The translations under genes were made by a program, and so were the position numbers. DNA of 64,000 nucleotides from Penicillus capitatus (Eukaryota > Plantae > Chlorophyta), in NCBI GenBank assembly GCA_965649825.1, contig OZ287697.1, positions 2,032,351 to 2,096,350 of the forward strand, written 5' to 3'. The notes beneath the pieces are model-generated. The model had not been told where the DNA came from. It searched no databases and saw only the letters and a list, made by a program, of their open reading frames with translations. Shown piece by piece: positions 39,121-49,707 of this stretch (its first letter is position 1; the number at the start of each line of letters is the position of its first letter).

Positions 39121-41103
39121 GTGTTTTTACCTTTACGAATGCATAGAGGAGTAGTGTGAGGACGGCGCAGATGAGGAGATCGGGAGATCGTTAAAGATCT
39201 GCGCTTATTTTATCGCGTCCAATGACAAAGGCTCCAGAGATCAGATCCAAGGCGTCTTGTTTTCTGCCGTCCTCAAAGTTGTTGAGGTAGTAACGTGTGA
39301 CACTCTTGATACCGTCGTCGATCAGTCCCCCTACGGAACGCTTTCCTGTGCGAGTGAAACCACTCTCTAGCGCTCCCGTTCCACTATATTGAAGGGAGAT
39401 TTCGTCTCCGTGATCTGCCCAGATCACTTTGAACTGGGCCTCGACCTGCATAAACACAAAGCTATGGACGACATGACAGCAGATGGCGCTGTATCTGACA
39501 CGAGGGAAAGATGCTGGCAGAGATGCTTGGACCCCAAGTAGATGCGCTTTCTCGAGAAAGGACTCCAAGGCATAACGGCCAAACACAGTTTGCACGACGT
39601 TGGTGCGATCAAGGCAATCGACACAATTGGTGCGAACGATGCCGTCTTGAACAGATGTTGCTCGGCCCTCCTCCTGTCATGCACTTGTGTTCGCACACGA
39701 AATCGGACGAGGATAGAGATACCATAACGAACAGGCCAAAGCGATCCGGATCTGCTCGGATTCTGTCGAAGAGGATGTAGATACGATGATATCGAGTCGT
39801 TCCACATTCTTCACTGAAATCAGAATTGTTGAGACGGAAGCCGTCTTTCGTCCTTGAGAAACGCCGAGCGGAATTTTCGGATGCACTTGTCAAGGAACCC
39901 TCAGATCCGGTGGCGCGTGCCAAATTCGCCGCAACGCATTCCTGTCCAACAACATCTCTGCATCCCATCCCCCACGACACAGGCCTTGTTGCTCACTGTG
40001 TGCGTATGGAGAAGGTCATCGACGTGAACGTCGAAGGCATGTGTGTAGTCCATCTCTCTCCCGAGACGCGTGGGTGGCTCGTGCTTGAGTTCGGAATGCT
40101 CGTCCAAAACGCGGGGATCGATCCTCGCAGCTGAATGAACGAACACACATGTCCATTCGACAGACACAGAAGCTGTTCTGTCTCGACGGAATCTGCCACG
40201 GATCCCTGACATCAACACATACAGGTTCGTGAGGCGTAGACGCGAAGAAGCACTTGGAGATCGGCGCCCCTTCTCCAGCTGCGCGTGCCCAGGCGTCTCA
40301 CCGAACGACGTGCCACAATCGTCAACTTCCCGGTTACTCGGTGCGAGAATTCCGAATCCGTCAGCTCCTGTACGAAGCGTTGAATGACAGGTAACACAAA
40401 TCCATGTGCTCTCGGCTCTACACCGCCGACATCTGGACATCCTCGCGGAAAGGGATGTGCATTACGTGTGACGGGTTCCATCACATGGCGATTCCAGGAG
40501 AAGCGGGTGTCTTCCAGTCCCCACGACCCTCCTCCTCTTTCGTTGCCGACGGCCGCCTGTCGCTCAGTGCTCGGCGTCAGTCGGATTCAGCTGCTGAAGC
40601 ACAGTCCTCTTCCGGCTTGTTTGGGATCCACTGCCGATCTCGCCAATTCGATGTGGCTACGCACAGGGGCTCGCACAAATCACGCGTCCACACATCTACG
40701 CACGCACTTGGCATCTTCTGGTGGAAAACGTCCCCTGGGAAGATGCAGTTCTGTCTGAACCACTCGGTAAACTGGGGAGCCATGCACCGTTGCGACCTGC
40801 AGGACAAACAAAGGCTGTCGCCGTCCGGTCTGCGTGAGCAGGCGAGTGCACTTGTTTCGCTTCCTTGATGGTGACGAGGACCGTTGCTTTGGCAAGGAGA
40901 AGCATTCCCAGAAGTCCAGGGAACGCGATGCAGCTACGAAGGAAACGCGGCCGCGTCGACGCTTCGGCTGTGCCGGTTCGGAGGTCGATCTCCAGCGTCT
41001 CGACGCATTCCCCTGTCGAGCGGAAAGGCTGAAGGACGACGACGTCGCCCGTTCTCCTGAGGGCGACGCCAACGAAGGCGTTCGTTATTGCGGTCTCAGT
41101 CAT
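39101..41103 (-). pseudogene. SAC1: SAC1 phosphoinositide phosphatase pseudogene
   Basis: RRSVRRLGTR, VETEQ, QLRGSIPAFW, catalytic RTNCVDCLDRTNV; premature TGA 40587-40589, -1 frameshift ~40088, TAA 39191-39193 just before the TM tail. Confidence 0.85.
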
Positions 41104-43837
41104 GGCGCTTCTTCGCGTCTTCGACTCGACGCTGCGACACCTGTGGTCTCGCGCGCCGCAGCGTCGAGCTGTGCTGTCGAAGGTGTTGGCGGCGAGACCG
41201 GTCGCGCCGAGAGAGATTCCGAGCGCGGCCTACAGAAAGAAGTGTCTGCTGGGGTGTGGGAAACGGTCGTCGACTGCAAACCTGAAGGCGAAATTGACGA
41301 GACGCTGGTTGCAAAGATGGCGTGCATTTACAATGATGGAAAACTGACGACGCCGACGAATCCTAGACTCTGGACGGGACGGATGTGACATTGCAGAAGA
41401 CGGTGGACACTGAGAAGCATTGTCTTTGTGCTCTTTCATCTTGGGAGCGCGCGTCTCGCTAAAAACTGTCCCGCATTCACTAGAGAAGCCGAATTGAGTA
41501 TGGCGGACGGGAACGCTGACTGGTGATGTGACCAACGGCCAAATGACGCACGGTGAGAGGTTGTCCACGTAAAGCAATTCGAGGCGCAATGACCTCCGAC
41601 TTTTCCGTTTTAGTGTTTCGGTGCGGAATGTGCTCGAAAGAGACATCATGGCAGTCGTGACGCGTCTGCTGAGGCGAATTCCGACAGTTGTCGCCCGTTC
41701 CAGTGACAGCGACAATCACAGACGGGCAGACGACGAGCGGTTTTCGTTACCTGAGCGATCAACGCAGTCGCTGTCTTCTGACACTCGCTTGCCCTTATGA
41801 CGCGACGCATCCCTTGATGTTCCGAACAGGCAAGCGCCTATCAGATCGATGAAAGTAAGCAACATATTTCGTCTCTCATCGAGACTCCGTTGTCTGTTGG
41901 GGACATGGAGCCGACGACAGACCAGACAGGCACCAGGTTTCGCCGCTATCTTCGTAAGATGCTTCTTCTTGCCGACACGTGTTGCTGAGAGCCGTTTCTT
42001 GTCGGCGGATGCACCGCCGACCGATCTCCGTATTGCCAAACACAGTCGGAAATGGCCAATCTCCGAATGCTGTTCTGTGTTGCAGATCAAGGGCATGGTA
42101 TCGGGCGGTGGACCGGAGAGATTCCTTCGGAGCAGGCCAGTCATCCGTCTGCATGGCATTGTATGAAGCTCTGCCGCGAAGGATACGGTGAGTCATTCTC
42201 GCCTTTTGTTGGGCGAACCCGCAACTTTCAGGGTGCATGCCGTGTAAGAAGTACTATGGTCGACTGTTGCGTTTTGTCTGACCACTCCTGAGGATTCCCA
42301 TATCGATAACAAATTTACCTCTCGCTGCATAGAGCATCCGTCCAGTGGTTGTTGTTCAAGGTGCGCATTTTTGCTGTTCGGCGCGCTGAATTGTTCTGAC
42401 GAGTTGTCAAACACTCTCAACGTTGTCGTCTCATAATCTGAATTTTAGAGAACATGTTGGCTGCAATAGTAGACTCCGTTTGGCAGGACACCGCCATGGA
42501 TCTAACCACCTGCATATCGCACAGAGAGAGGTAATGGATAGACTCTACAGAAGCAGATTTCGCATTCTTGCGTCTTAAAGGGATCGATGTAGCACATTTT
42601 AATTTAGCTCTGCATATCGCGCTGCTCTCTTTCGTCAGTGTCCGCTTGTGTGCGGGAGAGACTATCGTCGGGCGCGAGCATGCGTGGTACCTTTACGCTT
42701 CGCGAGCAAAGTTGACTCAACTTTTGAGCAACGCGTCCGAATAAATGCATCTGTCAAAAAGCGTCAACCACATCGCCTTTTGTAAATGTATGCCGCCCAT
42801 TATCGGCATGTAGAATATCACAACAACGTGTTCTGAAAAAAGAGTCCGACTTCGTCGGTCTATAGGAAACCTCTTCTTACGTGGTATTTGCTATAAACTG
42901 GTTTTCTAGATTTACAAAAAAGCAGGCCATTCATTCATCGTTCTATCATCCAACTAATGTGTTGAATAGAAACGGTAGGCTGCACCTGTTCTGTCGTTTT
43001 GATTGTACAGAGGGAGTTGGGAAAAAGAGGCAAGAAATCAACAGGGCACTTCAACTTTGGACGGCGCCAATGCTAGGCGTTCAAAGCTCTCGTTGTTCGC
43101 CCCGGAGTTCACTCGGAGGTAATAACTCCGGCATCATCTACAAGCAATATGTTGTGACAACGTCTCCGCAATGCACCGCTTTGCGTTGAGAGAAGAGCCA
43201 GAATCATTATTCCCACATCCAGCACTTCAAGGGCACGCTTTGACGCTTTCGCTTTCACAAATAGGCTACTTTGTGCCGCGATAACGCACTCTTCTCTCTC
43301 GAAACTCGAACGATCGTCATCATTTACACCTCTCGTCTCTGTAACCGAGCAGATTCTTTCCGGGATGACGAATTGCATAGAGAGGATGTTGGCAATGAGC
43401 TGACTGTCGCGTGTATGACGTGCGGGATCGAGAGGAGCCTGTGGCATCATGCCCGAAACATTGGCCTACTGCCGAGATCTTTTTTACACTTGACCGAAGT
43501 TTGGTCGCGGTGCTGTGGAGCATATGAATTCCTGCTTTCTGTAAAAGAGATTCTAAATCGGCAGATAGGAACGTTTCATAAGTCAACAAAAATTTGGAAT
43601 GAAATTGCACTTGTCACAGGAAACCGCATATCTTCCAAGAACTTCAGGACTGAGAGTTGAACATTGGAATAACTGCAAAATACTTGCACCATCTGGAGTT
43701 CCGGCACAGAGTTAAGCACGGTATCGATGTGGACTTGGTCATTCTTGATGAAAACACACGTCAAGAACGGAAACGATAGCTTGGATAATGAAATAATAAA
43801 AGGGCTTCTATCACCACGGTTTAGGACAACGTGATGT

Positions 43838-44964
43838 TCACGTCTTGGTCACTCTGGCACGATCTCTGCTATAGATGACAAGGATAATGGAACAGATCAG
43901 CAGAGATCCTCCAACTGCAAGCTGGAGGCTGATCTCTTCTGCAAAGAAAATGACGCCGCCGCACACAATCATCATAACACTTGATGATGAGGCCATGGCA
44001 GCCTTGATAGAAGGACCAATCTGAAACGCACGGACGATGAAGACATGATTCACGCTACCACAGGCCGTCAAGATGTACAGACCGATGTGTTTGAGAGAAG
44101 GTGTCCAATCAATCTTCTCTGGATAGCCGATGGTGAGGAAAGGAACTGCAAAAAGAGCGAGAAGAACTGTCGAGTGATTCGCAATCACGACGGATGGAAT
44201 GCTTCTGTCGATTTTCCTGCAAAAGACAAAAGATGCAGTCTGTTTTGGATAATGGTTGCTTTACCCGACAAGGAGGAAGCTTGTGGCTATAAAAAGGACA
44301 GATAAGAAAGCACAGACCAGGCCACCGATGCGCTCGATGTCCCATACGAGAGAATCTTCATCCTCAACAAGAAACGGTGGACGTGCGATGAGTACATTTG
44401 CACCAATCGATCCAACAATGCCAATCCAGGAGTACAAGTCGATGGATTCAGTTCGGAACATCCACGCCATAAAAGCGAGCATTGCTGTACAAACACGCAT
44501 TCGTTCGCACACATAAGTACTTGTGAATGACCTGGATAGGTCCCGTTCAGAAGAGCGGCCTCCGACAGTGTAATGAGAACAGAGGAGACCAAAGCAAAGA
44601 ACAATCCCAGTGCAGCAAACATTCCACGTAGCACGATCCATTTCATATTGCGATCCAACTGACCGATGATGAAGCCTGTTTGGTAGTATCCAAGTGGCAC
44701 CAAGACTGGCAATGCCAAAGTTCCACGAGCGAAGATGGCTTGGAAGACAGACGCGTCGTCATTAGAGAGCTCCTTCGTGGCGACGACGTCCGCCGATAAA
44801 AACAAAGCGCCCAGTACGGCACAGCCGATGCAGCTGTCCCATATCAAACTGCATCACGTCGTCTCTCTAGTGCGTTGCATTCGTCGAAGGACGGAACATA
44901 CCTGACAGCCCTGGAAATAATAGAGGGTGGCTCAGGTAGTGACGCCTCCTGTAAAGATGGTAAG
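43838..44964 (-). pseudogene. EamA/DMT transporter, 3' portion (gene split by LTR element)
   Basis: Multi-TM exons with WIVLRG, LSEAALLN and RAFQIGPSIKAA; frame joins 49708-49837 once the element and one TSD are removed. Confidence 0.85.
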
Positions 44965-45103
44965 TTTCGCTTTTTGTTTGGTGTAAACAGAAGCTTAAAA
45001 GGGAACGTCAGATACAAATAACCTAATGCTGTTTCTTTAATTTATATCGATGATGTGACCCTTATTAGTCACCGTCCATGTCGTTCAGCACTCTATCCCG
45101 ACA
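44965..45103 (-). repeat. 3' LTR (139 bp), overlapped by the last 12 pol codons and the stop
   Basis: Exact direct repeat of 49569-49707. Confidence 0.95.
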
Positions 45104-48022
45104 CGCTTCCAGCTGCGCTGTAGTCATATGAGGGACTTGTCTCAGTTGATCGTCGTGAACCTTATAGACTTTCCCAAAAAGTAAACCCTCTACTAGCCAT
45201 AGGCTGTTTCCCAGGGCCTCCTTTACCACGCATGGCTCTTCATCCCATGGTGGGCGAAATGTGCCCGCATCAGCTTTTATTCTTGGCCTCAGCACATGAT
45301 CTCCCAATTTAACTCGTTTCCTACTTCCAAACTTTTTCCTTCTCAGTTCATTCGTGTATTCCTGCCGCTTCAATGTCTTCTCCATTGCTTCTTGAATCCA
45401 CCTCTTCTGGACTTCATTATTTACCTTTCTTCCATTCCTCATCTCTCCATTCTTCAACTCCGCGGCACTATATCCAGTGGTCTCATTTACCGAGCGGTTC
45501 ATAATGCGAGTCGCCGTGGGTAGAACCTTCCTCCACTCCCAAGGATTCTTTGCCATCCTCTTTAGTCTCCCCTTGAGCACCCCTATCTGTCTCTCACACA
45601 TCCCATTTGACTGAGGCATGTAACTGGCCGTCAGTCGCTGCACAGTCTTGTTCCTTTCACACCAACTCCTCACTTCCTTGGATCGCCATGTTTGAGCATT
45701 GTCTGACACGAGCATTTTGATCTTGCCATTTTTCTGTCTCCACTTTCCTAATGCTCTTACTGCCACTTCGCTGCTTGGGGCAGTACAAGCCCATGCTTCG
45801 ACCCATCGTGAGAGGTAGTCCACCATCACAAGGATATATCTTGGCTCCTCTCTATCCTTAATCGGTAACGGACCAGCAAAGTCAATACCCACAGCGTCTC
45901 CAATTCCAGTTGCCGTTGTGATTCCCAAATCCACTCTGTGTTGTACCTGTCCCCACATCTGACAAGTCCAACAATTCGCCACATATTCTTGAACATCTCT
46001 TTCCATCCCTCTCCACTTCGGGCCCCCATCTCTTTTTAAATTTAGTACTGTTTTCTTTACTCCCCAGTGGCCTTCATGCGCCGCTTGCAATCTTTTCCTT
46101 TGCCCTTTATACTCTCCGCCTTGTATAACATTTAGGTCCACTTCCTTCCGCTGTGCTAAAGTGGGCCAACGGGAAAGACAGTCAGCGAGAAAGTTATCCG
46201 AAGACGGCAAGAAATGCAAGAACAGTCGGGTGTGTAGAGGAAAATTAGACCACAGCCATCCCAGGCGGCGACCCACACGTAGATCAGAACGTGATTTGTA
46301 CCAAACATCCCGAGCCTGGAGTTTTTGTAACGCGCTGAGTGAGTCTGTATATAAATGAACAGGGCAGCCGACAGTAAGGGGAAGAGTGTCTTGCAGACAC
46401 CAAATAATAGCGTCAAGCTCACCAAGAAAAGAGCTGACAGGATAGCCATGAAGACTACGCGAGTTAGTAGCAATGATGCGGCGTTGTGAACGATGACCCG
46501 CATAGAGAAGATAGCCAGCTCCGGCTCCCGACCAATCAACTTCAAGATGAAAACTTGGGGATGCGACACAACGGAGGAAATTCAGCGAATTGCGAATTAA
46601 CCGGGCAGCTACAGCACGGATGAGATTTTGAACTTCTGACCAATCAATGAAGTGGACTTGTTTATGAAGAAGGGAGTAAAGAGGTGCAAGAGCAATTCCC
46701 AAGCCAGGGCAATTGCCGCGACAAGCAGTAAAAATTCCCAATACACGCTGTAATTCCTTACGAGATCGAACCAGCGGCAACTGTGCAAGTTGTTGTGAGA
46801 TAAAATTGCGCTGATGATATTGATCACCCGAGAGAGAAAATCCAAGAAACTGAACCGATGGGCGGCAGAATTGGACCTTGCGCGGATTCACATGCAGACC
46901 GGCGGATTGGAGAGCGGTCAGAACAGCTTCTAAATTGCGATCATGTGAAACGCGATCCTGGCCACCAACAATAATGTCATCGAAATAAGCTAATCCAGGT
47001 AAATGGCCAAGAATTCGGCGGATACGGTCGTTGAAGAAACCGACACTTGAGGCCCAGCCCTGAGGAAGAGTGACAAAACGGAAACGACGGCCAAAACAGG
47101 AAAAACAAAACAGGCGACTGAGGGCAGTGTCCACTGGAATATGAAAATACCCATCGCGAAGATCAAGGATGGTAAAGAAACGCCACGAAGGCTCAACAGC
47201 GCGAATAGCTGTTCGTGTGTCTAGAGTGTGCGAATTCCAGACTTCGGAATAGTGGTTCAATTTTTGAAAATTAACCACCACGCGTACACGGCCGTCAGGT
47301 TTACGAAGAAAAATGACAGGAGAGAAAAACCCACGGTCAAAACGAGGAACTTCTTGTATAATGCCACGGGAAAGTAAGGATTCAATCTCGTGCCGCGCAT
47401 GCTGGGCAGAACAATCAGTAAAGCAAGGAGGAGCACCCGAGTCTGCAAACGGGACCGGGGACTTCCAGATCAAATCGTCAGCTCTTACTACAAGCGCACG
47501 GAGTGTAGAAGACGTCGCATAACTAGAATCATTGTCGGCAAAAAAGTACGGAAAACGAGATTGCCAAACAGAAAACGAAGGTGACGATTCCAAACCAACA
47601 TCCGGGCGCTCGGATGTGGGGGAATCCTGAGAAGTAAGTCGTAAAACGAGTTGTGGGTCATTAAGAATCCGCCCACTTCCGGAAAAGGTTCCTCGAACGA
47701 CTTTCAACTTAGGGGAAAGTGTAGTGAGGCGGTCGGAGAAATTGTGAATACGGACAGAAACACGACCGTTCTTTCCGAGAATAGGATTGACCGAAACGTC
47801 TCGCAGAAAACAACACGAAAACAGGCCAGTAAGGCCTCCACCAAGCACACTAACCGGAAGGACTGATAAGCGACTTTCAAAAGGTGTCAGGAAAAGAGTT
47901 CGGCCGAGTTTGAGAATAAAAGATGTTTGAGAGATACTTGGTTCAGCACCCTTAAGAAGGGCACGGTCTACTCGAAGCGTCACGCCAGGCGAAGCGCCAT
48001 GACCTGGCGGAGCTAGTTTGAA
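45065..48022 (-). CDS. pol: Pol (dUTPase-like, RT, RNase H, integrase) in the -1 frame
   Basis: LDLRDGYFHIP, LPQGW, YFDDII; RNase H VDWS/ELDA/TDS/ADCLSR; integrase HHCC, GIDFAGP, VSDNA, SNGMCER; frame open from 48070. Confidence 0.92.
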   Translation of the reverse strand, partial: FKLAPPGHGASPGVTLRVDRALLKGAEPSISQTSFILKLGRTLFLTPFESRLSVLPVSVLGGGLTGLFSCCFLRDVSVNPILGKNGRVSVRIHNFSDRLTTLSPKLKVVRGTFSGSGRILNDPQLVLRLTSQDSPTSERPDVGLESSPSFSVWQSRFPYFFADNDSSYATSSTLRALVVRADDLIWKSPVPFADSGAPPCFTDCSAQHARHEIESLLSRGIIQEVPRFDRGFFSPVIFLRKPDGRVRVVVNFQKLNHYSEVWNSHTLDTRTAIRAVEPSWRFFTILDLRDGYFHIPVDTALSRLFCFSCFGRRFRFVTLPQGWASSVGFFNDRIRRILGHLPGLAYFDDIIVGGQDRVSHDRNLEAVLTALQSAGLHVNPRKVQFCRPSVQFLGFSLSGDQYHQRNFISQQLAQLPLVRSRKELQRVLGIFTACRGNCPGLGIALAPLYSLLHKQVHFIDWSEVQNLIRAVAARLIRNSLNFLRCVASPSFHLEVDWSGAGAGYLLYAGHRSQRRIIATNSRSLHGYPVSSFLGELDAIIWCLQDTLPLTVGCPVHLYTDSLSALQKLQARDVWYKSRSDLRVGRRLGWLWSNFPLHTRLFLHFLPSSDNFLADCLSRWPTLAQRKEVDLNVIQGGEYKGQRKRLQAAHEGHWGVKKTVLNLKRDGGPKWRGMERDVQEYVANCWTCQMWGQVQHRVDLGITTATGIGDAVGIDFAGPLPIKDREEPRYILVMVDYLSRWVEAWACTAPSSEVAVRALGKWRQKNGKIKMLVSDNAQTWRSKEVRSWCERNKTVQRLTASYMPQSNGMCERQIGVLKGRLKRMAKNPWEWRKVLPTATRIMNRSVNETTGYSAAELKNGEMRNGRKVNNEVQKRWIQEAMEKTLKRQEYTNELRRKKFGSRKRVKLGDHVLRPRIKADAGTFRPPWDEEPCVVKEALGNSLWLVEGLLFGKVYKVHDDQLRQVPHMTTAQLEACRDRVLNDMDGD
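47983..48022 (-). promoter_or_regulatory. Putative -1 ribosomal frameshift signal
   Basis: U_UCA_AAC just before the gag UAG, 6-nt spacer, 7-bp stem CGCCAGG/CCTGGCG. Confidence 0.65.
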
Positions 48023-49569
48023 GAGACCGAGTGACAGAATACCACATGACCGTCTGTCCCAAGGAGGCAGTCATTGGAGCAGTCCACCGAGATACCAAAA
48101 GTTTTCAAAGCCGAATACCCGAGGATCACCTTATTAGTCGCATCGGTCACATAGTAGGGAATTGCTTGATTCCAGCCGCCAATGCGCGTCGGCAGAATGA
48201 CCTCGCCGGTGACTTGACTGGTTGAATTATTGAACCCACGTAGTTGAGTGTTTTCCACTCGCTTTACTCGAAGACCCCAGCGCTGGCAATACTGAAGCGG
48301 CAATAACGATACCTCTGCCCCAGTGTCAATGAGAGCTTGTTCCTTCTCCGGCCGGTTGGCTAGGTAAGTTGCCACTTTCAATGAAGCCCGACCCCTTTGA
48401 GGTCTGCTAGACGACGACTGGTCAACTCGAGGATAATCGATATATTTGACTGTGTCCTTTCCCGAGTCTTCCTCCTTCAAAACCATCAGTCTTGTCTCTT
48501 TGGGCTTGCCCTTCTTCGCAGAGATGTCGCGTTGTGTTGCCGGGGATAGGCCAACGGAGAGTACAGATGCTGAGTCGTCCTCCCTCTCTTCCTCTTCAAA
48601 CGCAGCCAACGGTGCGAAGTGATTCTGTGTTGGTATTGGGTGCGATTCCCGCACGTGGTGTGATCGTTGGCGACAGAATTTGGCTGAGTGGCCATACTCT
48701 CCACATTGATAGCAGTTTCCCTGAAACTGCCTTGCTGGCCGTCTTTGACCAGAACGTTTATTTCCTCTTAGATTCTGGAACTGGCCTTGCGATCCCTTCT
48801 GGCGCCACTGTCCGACAATGTCCTCAGCAATGCTTGCAAAACGAGGATTTCTGGCAAGTTCACTCCTCATTGCATCACAGAGCTCTCGTAATGATAATGT
48901 CTGGCCAAAACTGTCCACGTTATGGGAAATGTTCCCTCCTCCATTTGCATCTATCGCATCCACTTCCATGGCATCCTTATCCACCTCGGCGGCAGACGAT
49001 GACCCCGTCCAAAAAGTCACGTTTCTAATGACCAGAATCATCTCATTTATCGTAGCCGTAACGGGCAGACTAGCGATTGCCCTCTTTAGTGCTGGCGGGA
49101 GTTTTCCATATAACAGCTTTATTTGCATTTCCCTCGCTAGACCAGACTGAGTTGCCATGACTCCGAACCTCTCCGCGAACTGTAGCCAAGATTCCGCCTT
49201 TTTCTTGCTCGCAGATGCCAGCCTCTCTCCTGAAGTGGCTCCTGCAGTGGAGCATTGGGCCAGAAGCATTGCTTTAAAAACGTGCCACTTGTCCTCATCG
49301 CTTATCGCCGCCTTTGCTGCAGGGAAACAATTCTTGATGGCCGCGGCCCTTGTCGCGAATGCAGTGTTAAACGCGGCGAGTTCTGCAAAATGTGGCTCAG
49401 CGGTCCCCGTCACCTGGCGGAAGAGCTCGAACAAGGGCGAGCCGACTTCGACCCTTTCCATGACTTTGGCCATCCGCGGTCGATAACCGTCAGCGACCAT
49501 AGCGGCCGCGTTGAGAGCGGTCTCAACCTCATGACGTTCAGTGGATAGATATTGTCGCTCCGAAACCAT
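48013..49569 (-). CDS. gag: Gag-protease ORF
   Basis: 518 aa; CCHC knuckle CYQCGEYGHSAKFC; aspartic protease ALIDTGAEVSLL. Confidence 0.9.
   Translation of the reverse strand: MVSERQYLSTERHEVETALNAAAMVADGYRPRMAKVMERVEVGSPLFELFRQVTGTAEPHFAELAAFNTAFATRAAAIKNCFPAAKAAISDEDKWHVFKAMLLAQCSTAGATSGERLASASKKKAESWLQFAERFGVMATQSGLAREMQIKLLYGKLPPALKRAIASLPVTATINEMILVIRNVTFWTGSSSAAEVDKDAMEVDAIDANGGGNISHNVDSFGQTLSLRELCDAMRSELARNPRFASIAEDIVGQWRQKGSQGQFQNLRGNKRSGQRRPARQFQGNCYQCGEYGHSAKFCRQRSHHVRESHPIPTQNHFAPLAAFEEEEREDDSASVLSVGLSPATQRDISAKKGKPKETRLMVLKEEDSGKDTVKYIDYPRVDQSSSSRPQRGRASLKVATYLANRPEKEQALIDTGAEVSLLPLQYCQRWGLRVKRVENTQLRGFNNSTSQVTGEVILPTRIGGWNQAIPYYVTDATNKVILGYSALKTFGISVDCSNDCLLGTDGHVVFCHSVSSN
49557..49568 (-). 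promoter_or_regulatory. Primer-binding site, tRNA-iMet-like
   Basis: TGGTTTCGGAGC directly after the LTR; 10/12 match to the plant/algal iMet PBS TGGTATCAGAGC. Confidence 0.65.
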
Positions 49570-49707
49570 TTCGCTTTTTGTTTGGTGTAAACAGAAGCTT
49601 AAAAGGGAACGTCAGATACAAATAACCTAATGCTGTTTCTTTAATTTATATCGATGATGTGACCCTTATTAGTCACCGTCCATGTCGTTCAGCACTCTAT
49701 CCCGACA
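49569..49707 (-). repeat. 5' LTR (139 bp, TG...AA)
   Basis: Exact direct repeat of 44965-45103; contains TATAAATTAAA. Confidence 0.95.

Larger units (their letters stand above)
44965..49707 (-). mobile_element. Intact Ty3/gypsy-type LTR retrotransposon, 4,743 bp
   Basis: Identical 139-bp LTRs; 5-bp TSD GTAAG (44960-44964, 49708-49712); domain order gag-PR-RT-RH-IN. Confidence 0.95.

Noticed and set aside
41390-43800. Coding-like fragments, including a kinase-like HNILLVD string
   Set aside because: No neighbouring kinase motifs or consistent frame; probably decayed sequence
46156-47866. Antisense or extra ORF (env-like) explaining the skewed RT region
   Set aside because: Only short ORFs (at most ~70 aa on the plus strand) with no recognisable motifs; no env or chromodomain and no room for one
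49557-49707. Tf1-like self-priming of the LTR element
   Set aside because: The complement of the PBS (CTCCGAAACCA) is not present in the LTR
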